From NCBI GenBank assembly GCA_964590575.1, contig CAZPWM010000002.1, forward strand, positions 1 to 64,000: a stretch of 64,000 bases of DNA, given 5' to 3'. The DNA is from an uncultured archaeon (GTDB lineage: Archaea > Asgardarchaeota > Thorarchaeia > Thorarchaeales > Thorarchaeaceae). A program made the position numbers and the translations under genes. This document shows, one piece after another, positions 50,499-60,778 of the stretch (positions are counted from its first letter, which is position 1; every line of letters starts with the position of its first letter). Under the pieces are notes generated by a model. It had not been told where the DNA came from, made no database searches, and saw nothing but the letters and a program-made list of their open reading frames with translations.

Positions 50499-51548
50499 CT
50501 AGAGGCGTTGTAAAATGTACTGAGCTTCTCCAATAATCCTCAGTATCTCCTTTGGGAGAATGTCGTAAGCACCATATTCTACCAATATCTCTTCATAGAA
50601 TCCAGGTTCGATTTCACTGATTTGATCCATGAAGACTCCATCTACCATGCTGGAGAATTCCTTGAGGATGATGAGAGTTCTACCCAGGGAGCAGGCAGCC
50701 TGTCGCATTTCAAAGACAGCCATTTCATAGTCACCATTATAGGTCAATCCTCGAGCCCCATTATACTCTCTCTGGGCACTCGCCAAGAAACCAGTAGCAA
50801 GTATGGCCTGCTCATCGACTATTGCACTACTTATTCGTGACTCGGCTATGTCTAGCCATTGCTGCAAATCTTTGAGCGCTGTCAATAGTTTTGGCTCATC
50901 CATTCCCTTGAGCTTGAATGCCCTTAACAATATAGAATAGGTCATAGGGTCAAGCATTCTTAGCTCGGTCAAGACCTCCGCTGGTTTGAGTATCAAGAAG
51001 GTGTTGTTCAGCATTAGGACGACACGTCCAAGATTGAACAGGCCTTGACGCAGCTCAAAGATTGCACTCGGTCCCTCATCCTCTTCAGCGAGTTTTTTAG
51101 CTCTGGTTAAGTACTCCAATGTTGAACTCTTGACCTGTGAGATGGACTCTTCAGACCATACATAGTCCTTGGTCTTCTTCTGCCATTCACCCGCCTTTCC
51201 ATCGGTGTCATGCATTACAAGTGAATTTCTTAAACGATTGATGACTTCGGATATCTTGGTAACATCGCTCGTGACCCTATCAAATACATTCTCAACCTCT
51301 TTAACGGTCATAAAAACCATGTCCACAAGCACCTCTTTATGCGAGGACATCAATCTCACTGGAGCCTCATCTGCATCCCAAACGATGCATATGTCCAAGT
51401 CCGAGTTTGCTGTGGCAGTTCCCCTTACATACGATCCATACACGAAAATACCTTTGACATTCTTATGTCTCTTCCATTCATTCACAGTGTCTTTCAGTGC
51501 TTCTGTAAAACGTTTACGAACGTCAGCCATCTTCTCCTTCGACTCCAA
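50499..51548 (-). CDS. Minimal nucleotidyltransferase fused to HEPN-like helical domains
   Basis: YGSYVRG...SDLD motif followed by two similar helical bundles. Confidence 0.75.
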   Translation of the reverse strand: MESKEKMADVRKRFTEALKDTVNEWKRHKNVKGIFVYGSYVRGTATANSDLDICIVWDADEAPVRLMSSHKEVLVDMVFMTVKEVENVFDRVTSDVTKISEVINRLRNSLVMHDTDGKAGEWQKKTKDYVWSEESISQVKSSTLEYLTRAKKLAEEDEGPSAIFELRQGLFNLGRVVLMLNNTFLILKPAEVLTELRMLDPMTYSILLRAFKLKGMDEPKLLTALKDLQQWLDIAESRISSAIVDEQAILATGFLASAQREYNGARGLTYNGDYEMAVFEMRQAACSLGRTLIILKEFSSMVDGVFMDQISEIEPGFYEEILVEYGAYDILPKEILRIIGEAQYILQRL

Positions 51549-51656
51549 TGTTCACTAACAATGTGCTACCAGTGTTTCTCAAAGGGCCTCATGTCAATAA
51601 AGCTATCTGATACGGGTCCCGACACTAATTAATAGTCGATTTACGAATGCTTTGTT

Positions 51657-52364
51657 ATGTCCCGAATAGATGGCAGAGCCAATGATGCGATAAGAGCTGT
51701 AGAATTCACACGTAATTTTCTCAAACATCCCGAAGGTTCTGTTCTAGTTGCAACTGGAGAAACCAAAGTTATCTGCACTGCAACCGTAGAGGAAGGAGTT
51801 CCTGGTTGGCTGAATGGCAAGGGACAGGGGTGGGTAACAGCTGAGTATGGCATGCTGCCTCGGTCTACAGACGACCGAATGAACAGGTACAAAGTCAGTG
51901 GAAGAACTCAAGAAATTCAACGACTAATTGGACGGTCCCTCAGGGCAGCTGTAGATATGACCAAAATTGGAGAAAACACGGTTCGGATTGACTGCGATGT
52001 CATTCAGGCTGATGGTGGAACACGTACCGCATCCATAACAGGTGCCTATGTTGCTCTATGTGATGCAATCCAATACATGATTGAAATGGACATGATCTCC
52101 GAGAGTCCAATCATTGGTAACGTGGCTGCTGTAAGTGTTGGAATAATCACTGGTGAAACATTACTTGATCTCTGCTATTTTGAGGACTCTCAAGCAGATG
52201 TTGACATGAATATTGTCATGCGTGGGACTGATTTTGTTGAGGTTCAAGGAACTGCAGAAGGAGCAACCTTTGGTCGTGAGGCAATGAATGAGATGGTGGA
52301 TTATGCAATAAAAGGCATCTCAGAACTTATTGAGTTTCAAAATAAGACGTTGTTAGTGAAATAG
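51657..52364 (+). CDS. rph: Ribonuclease PH, bacterial type
   Basis: [56 protein letters not shown]. Confidence 0.93.
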   Translation: MSRIDGRANDAIRAVEFTRNFLKHPEGSVLVATGETKVICTATVEEGVPGWLNGKGQGWVTAEYGMLPRSTDDRMNRYKVSGRTQEIQRLIGRSLRAAVDMTKIGENTVRIDCDVIQADGGTRTASITGAYVALCDAIQYMIEMDMISESPIIGNVAAVSVGIITGETLLDLCYFEDSQADVDMNIVMRGTDFVEVQGTAEGATFGREAMNEMVDYAIKGISELIEFQNKTLLVK

Positions 52365-52387
52365 AGCTCAATAATACGGCCTCTGGC

Positions 52388-52402
52388 AAAAGCTTTATAC
52401 GT
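52388..52402 (+). promoter_or_regulatory. BRE/TATA-like promoter
   Basis: AAAAGCTTTATAC about 25 nt before the start of the structured segment. Confidence 0.55.
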
Positions 52403-52422
52403 GAATTCTGAGAATTTAATAT

Positions 52423-52741
52423 GCTCTCGTCGAAGAGAGGGTCTTATGCGACGTAAACGTCGTGAGGCTTTTCTGGTGGCCCCGGTGACGGAAACTACCC
52501 TCGACGGATAGCAAGCTTTAAATCGCCAGCAAATTAGGCTGGCGGAGCGCTCACTGAAATAGTGATGTGCTAGCGTTTGGTCCGGAGTTCAGAGTTTTCG
52601 AACAATGAACAAAGGTTCATCGGGACCAGGTCATGAGTGAGGTACCATTCCCGATGGAGGACCGTCAACGTGTACGGCTCTGTGAAATGTGTCATGGAGA
52701 GTCAGACGCGTGGACTGCAGAGGATGGAGGTACACTGATTC
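52423..52741 (+). ncRNA. Unidentified structured RNA or long 5' leader of the 23S precursor
   Basis: No ORF of 60 aa or more; stems CGTCGA/TCGACG, GCGACG/CGTCGT, CGCCAGC/GCTGGCG, TGGTCC/GGACCA, GTACC/GGTAC. Confidence 0.55.
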
Positions 52742-52823
52742 AAAATGAATTGTAGGGTAAAAAAATTAAGTTACTACAATAACTCCTTGGCATGATTAGA
52801 GATAATCATGTTCACATTGAGTG

Positions 52824-52842
52824 GACAACAGGTAATACTGTG
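52824..52842 (+). other. 5' arm of the pre-23S bulge-helix-bulge processing stem
   Basis: GACAAC-AGGT-AAT-ACTGTG pairs with 55954-55972 to give a 3-4-3 BHB. Confidence 0.85.
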
Positions 52843-52865
52843 TCAATACATAAGTAGATTTGCGA

Positions 52866-55932
<3,067 letters not shown>

Positions 55933-55953
55933 GCAGATCAAAAGTGTACTTCG

Positions 55954-55972
55954 CACAGTACCTAGGGTTGTC
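55954..55972 (+). other. 3' arm of the pre-23S bulge-helix-bulge processing stem
   Basis: CACAGT-ACCT-AGG-GTTGTC. Confidence 0.85.
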
Positions 55973-56171
55973 AAGAAGAGTTCATTGTAGTAGCGAAGTA
56001 GTATCTCCATCCTCTAGTCTTACCTATCATTTTAATCCATTCCACAATTTCAAACCCAGTGGAAGTTTTACTTGGCTTTTAGGCATAGGTTCTACGAAAG
56101 GGGTGGCCTTGTGGGGTCAGAAAAAGGAAACAATAAGTAAATATGAATCTAAGTAAAGTGGTGTATCCATT

Positions 56172-56873
56172 ATGAGAGGGGAATCACATCTGACAGCTTC
56201 ATTCATGATTAGCCTGCCTACTCTCATGGTTCTGTATAATATGGCACCAGATACAATGATTGACGTGATGGGTTATGTCCTTGGAGGGGTATTACTGGGT
56301 TGCTTACTACCTGATGTAGATGCTTCGGATGCCAAGGTGATGCATGGATATTGGAGGCCAATCGGTCTTTTTGGAAAATACCTATTCTATAAACCAATGA
56401 CATGGATTTTGAGAACTCGCTCTGACGCATATCGAGAGCAACACCGCGGATATTTACACTCATTTATTGGTTGTTTTCTCGCAACGATTTTCTTTGCAAT
56501 CCCGATAGCTATCATATTTCTACATTCAACATATGTACTGCTTCTTCCCTTAGAAACGACTATTTGGGTTTGGTTTGCATGGATTGGATTACCCTTTGGT
56601 TTTCTAATGCATTTGGTTGAAGACAGCTTCACAAAATCAGGAGTACGATGGATTTTTCCTGGCGGTAAAACCTATTCAAGTCAGACAACCACTGGAAAAA
56701 AGAGTGAGTATAATCTTCTATCAGCATTCGTCGTCACATATGGCATTCTCACAGTTATTGTATACATGGCGCCTCCCTCGTTTATTGTTCTATTTGGGGC
56801 TATTCTTGGATCCCTGGTTTTGTTGGGTGCGCTTTATGCGGCTAATCCGATAATTAGTAGACTTTCAAAGTAG
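56172..56873 (+). CDS. YdjM/DUF457-like membrane metal-dependent hydrolase
   Basis: H near the N-terminus, LLPDVD, HRGYLHS, HLVEDSFT. Confidence 0.85.
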   Translation: MRGESHLTASFMISLPTLMVLYNMAPDTMIDVMGYVLGGVLLGCLLPDVDASDAKVMHGYWRPIGLFGKYLFYKPMTWILRTRSDAYREQHRGYLHSFIGCFLATIFFAIPIAIIFLHSTYVLLLPLETTIWVWFAWIGLPFGFLMHLVEDSFTKSGVRWIFPGGKTYSSQTTTGKKSEYNLLSAFVVTYGILTVIVYMAPPSFIVLFGAILGSLVLLGALYAANPIISRLSK

Positions 56874-56891
56874 ACTGGTGCCAAGTAAAAA

Positions 56892-56934
56892 TGACCGGAA
56901 ATAGAACTGTAGAAAGTGCTACTTTTCCGGGTCA
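56892..56934. terminator. Imperfect hairpin
   Basis: TGACCGGAAA...TTTCCGGGTCA. Confidence 0.4.
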
Positions 56935-57219
56935 GTAAGGGTTGTGGGAACAGATTAGTACTGTCAGTGTTCCAATGTCGCAAAATCATCTGGAAAGACC
57001 GGTTGGAAATGGGTGCGGTGCGAGAGCAACTTGCCCTGTTGGAGAGAGCCTGATTCGTATTTGAATGGTCGGAAGTGCAGTCACCTCACTTGCATCCTCT
57101 TTGTCACAGTCCACCTCACGGATCGAACCCACTGGCAGGTCATGCTCCTGCAACTTTTCTCTCCACAAGCCTTGAGTATAGTATAAAAGAGCTTGCTGGA
57201 AAGATGATATCGGAGGGAA

Positions 57220-58194
57220 GTGACGTTCAAACCAGACAAACTCAGTAAGGATGCTATATCCGCAGTGAAGCAGATAATAGGTTATAGAAGCACTCCGATG
57301 GAAGACAGACCACAAGTAGAAGATATGTTTCAGACATCATTTGGAAAAACACTTGGTAGCCAAGTTGGTGAAATTCTAGATTTTGCAAAGAGAGGACAAA
57401 TTCTCCTAATAATACTTCCACTCACTAAAATCATGGAGAAATTACAGAGATTCATTCAAGATGGAAGTTATCTTAGGGCTGAGGAAAGCTCTCTATCACC
57501 CAAAGATATTGATAAGATGAAGGCCTTTGAGGTTGTCATGCAGGATGTCGATGTTGAGGACACTGTAGAAACTGTGGAAGATGTGATAGACCAGGACGAT
57601 GAGCTCTGGTACCTGTCATTGATAACATTTACAGTGTATGCGTATGTGGATGTTTACTCGAAGAGTCTAATCAAAAGTTTGACATCAAATCCATTACTGA
57701 TGGAGAAATTAGAAACATATCTTGAAAGAGAAGCGCTTCAAAATAAAGACGATATAGAGAGAAAATATGTCACATCAGTTACAGATCTCTCGCAGTACGG
57801 AGTTAGTCGGAGGCTTTGGACCATAGAAAGAGGTCTGTCAATAGACCAGATTTTATCTAAGATCACAAATCCAGATGTTCTTAGCATAATTAGAAGCAGC
57901 TTTATCAAAATCATAAAAACAAGACATAAAATTGCACATAGAAATCCAAAGTTGAAAAGAGATGACTACACATATGAGATGTTTGAGGGTGTTTCAAACA
58001 CTGTCGAAGAATTGGATTTCACTTTTAATGAAATAGAAGAAACATTCGGATTTCTGAAGCCAATATTTGGCACAATCAAAAATCTGGGAAAGCAGACAAT
58101 GGATAGAATTAAGAGAACTATGAATATTGCCTACATGACAATGCTGTATCCAGCATTAATTGATGTAGTAGTTCACGATTTGATGGAAGATTAG
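57220..58194 (+). CDS. Predicted HEPN-domain protein
   Basis: All-helical acidic protein with an R-x4-H motif (RHKIAH, codons 57922-57939). Confidence 0.65.
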   Translation: MTFKPDKLSKDAISAVKQIIGYRSTPMEDRPQVEDMFQTSFGKTLGSQVGEILDFAKRGQILLIILPLTKIMEKLQRFIQDGSYLRAEESSLSPKDIDKMKAFEVVMQDVDVEDTVETVEDVIDQDDELWYLSLITFTVYAYVDVYSKSLIKSLTSNPLLMEKLETYLEREALQNKDDIERKYVTSVTDLSQYGVSRRLWTIERGLSIDQILSKITNPDVLSIIRSSFIKIIKTRHKIAHRNPKLKRDDYTYEMFEGVSNTVEELDFTFNEIEETFGFLKPIFGTIKNLGKQTMDRIKRTMNIAYMTMLYPALIDVVVHDLMED

Positions 58195-58484
58195 TAATAG
58201 TGATAATGATAAGTCATTTCTAATTATGAGTAAGAATCTCTCAAAAAGGATGGTAATCGTTTCTTAGTGCACAGGGAGTGATGACTTCATAACATCGTAG
58301 GTACCCAGACTAGAAATGTGAGGTTACCATTGATCTTGAAATCGAAAACAAGACAGGACATACACTCGCACCTAATAATATGGCAATTAGCACAATGGAT
58401 GGATGGTTTAAGGGCATCCACCCACAAGTATCAGGACTACCCCAATGAAGCACCGCACCGGATACAGACACTTCGGGTGAAGTG

Positions 58485-58517
58485 AAAAAAGAGGGGGCGG
58501 CAAATTAGCACCGCCCC
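58485..58517 (-). terminator. GC hairpin followed by T-tract
   Basis: Minus strand GGGGCGG-TGCTAATTTG-CCGCCCC-CTCTTTTTT after the 42-aa gene. Confidence 0.6.
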
Positions 58518-58537
58518 ATTGAACTGAGAATTAGTGA

Positions 58538-58666
58538 TTACTTCTTTGATCCACCTCGATCGGCTGCACTCTGTGCACGTCTAGCAAAACCTTGATTTCG
58601 ACCAGACTTGGCTGAATGACTCTGGATTCTGGATGCTGAACTCTTGGACATTCCTTTTTTTCCCAA
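58538..58666 (-). CDS. Small basic SMP/LEA-like protein (42 aa, MGKKGMSKSSASRIQSHSAKSGRNQGFARRAQSAADRGGSKK)
   Basis: GGAGGTGA SD before TTG; ASRIQS...FA.RAQSAA motif. Confidence 0.7.
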   Translation of the reverse strand: MGKKGMSKSSASRIQSHSAKSGRNQGFARRAQSAADRGGSKK

Positions 58667-58780
58667 TGATTCACCTCCGTATTCATCATGAGGAATACTT
58701 GGCAGAATCAGAATATCAGACTTTGATGATGTGCATTGCATACGAATATTGTGCAAATCAGATTCACAGTACCTAGAGTT

Positions 58781-60588
58781 AAAACCTGTATCTTACAATT
58801 GTGAGTGAACTGCAAGAGACTCCTGTGTTCCACCTTTCTCACGACTACTGTCACCAGCTTCTGAATGTCTGGGGTCTTTCAGAGTGTCGCAAGCTTTGCC
58901 CCTCTTCACTGGAACATCGTTCCTCTGATGGGACCTGGCTTCTGTCCGCTGCATTGATTCACACTCACCAGTTGGTGCGATTGCAGTCGGTGTTTCCACA
59001 GCATTTGCCATGGCAAGGTCTTTGCCCCTCACAAACTCCACAAGTGAAGTCTGGTCATAGGAGCCAGCCACGGACTCCCCTTTCGAGTCTGGTGTCCCCT
59101 GGGGGAGTGCGGACTTCCCTACAGAAGAAGACTTCTTCCTCCGGGCTTTCAGTATGGCCCTATCCTTAGAGGTGAGCCACATCCCTAGTCCGTTCTCATC
59201 TCTCAGTGAGGGGATGAGCATGATGAGGCGCTTCCCAATGTTGAGAGCGCCATTCAGGTCGGCGTTCAGCTTTAGTCCACAAGTGGTACAGATGAAGAGA
59301 TTCTGCTTCGGTCTCGCTCCCTTATGTCCGCATTTGTGACACATGATGGAGGTCCATTGCTCTGGAACTGCTTTGAACCTCTTGGGATCGAAACCAATTG
59401 ATGCGAGCTTGTGCTCCAGCATCCCACTGATTCTTGCAAAGGCCCATCGGTGAATCTTTCCCCTGTACTCTCTTCCCCTGCTGTTCCCCTTGCGGGCTAT
59501 GTTCCTGATTCCCTTCAGCCGACCGATTGAGACATAGAGGTCATTTTGGTTTGTCATCTCTCTGATGTGGTCAGAGATGTCCCTAATCAGTTTCTTGTCA
59601 TACTCTATACTGATTCGTTCTCTCTTTCCACTCAGACTCCTGAGCTGTGCAGTCACTCGATCAGTGTTCTGACCTTTGGAAACAAGGAGCTCTTTCTCTT
59701 TCTGGAGTGAAGCAACCCTCTCATCCAAAGACCTTATGCGTCGGAGCTTGTCCTCTTGTTTCCAATATCTGACGTGCTTGTATCCCTTCTTGGTTAGAAG
59801 GACTGAACACGCAGCCTTGTTTATTCCAAGGTCGATGGAGAGAACAGCAAGGGGCTTTCTAGCGGTATCAATCCTGTCAACAGCAAGAGTGACGGTGAAG
59901 ATAGCCCACCACTTGCGACGAGAATCCTTGAAGATTCGAACTGTCTTCACATCTCCCTCCTTCATCCTGTTTAGATGAAATGATGAGATGGAGAGGGGAA
60001 TCATGAGTCTATCATGCTGATAACGCCCCTCATTCACAGAGTCCAGCGAGTCCCGTAGTTTCAACCAGTGTCTAATCTCCAGCTCTGGTGAGTATACAAG
60101 CTCAAAACGTTGGATGAATGCAAAGCGTGGGATCTTTCGAGTAGAATATCCTATTCTCCTAAGGGGTTTGGAACCACCTTTTTCAAGATAGCTCTGCCAC
60201 ATGGCAACTGCAGTACCCCTACACTCCTGAAACTCGTTCACTGAAATGTTTGGAAATCGAACCTTGAAGTCATGGGGTACCGAACTTCGGTTGGCTTTGC
60301 CTCGGGATGCTGTCAGGGTGAGTTCATCTAGTTTATTTGCGTCAAGTTTACTTCGTCTACGACCTATCAGCAACTCGTCTTCGTGACATTCAATCACTCC
60401 AAGATACGCCCTGATGACTCTTGTGTCTCTTCCAGTAATTCGGTTGAGCCGAGTCTTCTGCTTGTCAGTCATAGAGTCCCAACGTATTGGGACCTTCACA
60501 CTGATTATTGTACCCTTGGAGCGACCCATTCATTTCACCTGAGGATTTAAACTTCTGACCTGTCTCTTTCGAGTTCACTCCCTTTCTC
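58781..60588 (-). mobile_element. Non-autonomous tnpB-only IS200/IS605- or IS607-like element (boundaries inferred)
   Basis: Contains only tnpB; left flank ends TTGAC on the minus strand; joined flanks resemble the 23S 3' spacer. Confidence 0.5.
58793..60529 (-). CDS. tnpB: RNA-guided endonuclease TnpB (Cas12f-like) with long C-terminal extension
   Basis: RuvC-I SIDLG, bridge helix, RW.F, PEQWTSIMCHKC...FICTTC Zn finger, NADLNGALNI. Confidence 0.92.
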   Translation of the reverse strand: MGRSKGTIISVKVPIRWDSMTDKQKTRLNRITGRDTRVIRAYLGVIECHEDELLIGRRRSKLDANKLDELTLTASRGKANRSSVPHDFKVRFPNISVNEFQECRGTAVAMWQSYLEKGGSKPLRRIGYSTRKIPRFAFIQRFELVYSPELEIRHWLKLRDSLDSVNEGRYQHDRLMIPLSISSFHLNRMKEGDVKTVRIFKDSRRKWWAIFTVTLAVDRIDTARKPLAVLSIDLGINKAACSVLLTKKGYKHVRYWKQEDKLRRIRSLDERVASLQKEKELLVSKGQNTDRVTAQLRSLSGKRERISIEYDKKLIRDISDHIREMTNQNDLYVSIGRLKGIRNIARKGNSRGREYRGKIHRWAFARISGMLEHKLASIGFDPKRFKAVPEQWTSIMCHKCGHKGARPKQNLFICTTCGLKLNADLNGALNIGKRLIMLIPSLRDENGLGMWLTSKDRAILKARRKKSSSVGKSALPQGTPDSKGESVAGSYDQTSLVEFVRGKDLAMANAVETPTAIAPTGECESMQRTEARSHQRNDVPVKRGKACDTLKDPRHSEAGDSSREKGGTQESLAVHSQL

Positions 60589-60778
60589 GTCAAGATGAAA
60601 GGTTTTGAACTCCTACTATTTTCTGTTACATAAGGGGATTTAAACTTATTAAGCCGTTTATGAAATAAGGCATTATGAGGCACTATTATTTAAAATAAGA
60701 CATTATCAATCCTTATTTGACTCACCAATAAGAACGGATATCTTATAAATTAAAATATAAGGAAGATACTGATTTGAT

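Noticed and set aside
52423-52741. Identification as SRP RNA, RNase P RNA, 5S rRNA or tRNA
   Set aside because: Diagnostic motifs (SRP helix 8, GAGGAAAGUCC-type P4, T-loop/acceptor stem) not found on either strand
57012-57021. GTGCG as a group II intron 5' end
   Set aside because: No domain V/VI-like sequence or maturase found
58846-58857. 12-nt CTGGTGACAGTA shared in inverted orientation between the tnpB tail and 23S ES39 (55808-55819)
   Set aside because: Exact 12-mer matches are expected by chance in 64 kb and there is no positional rationale
58195-60778. CRISPR array associated with the Cas12f-like protein
   Set aside because: No regularly spaced repeats of 23-47 bp were seen here or elsewhere in the window
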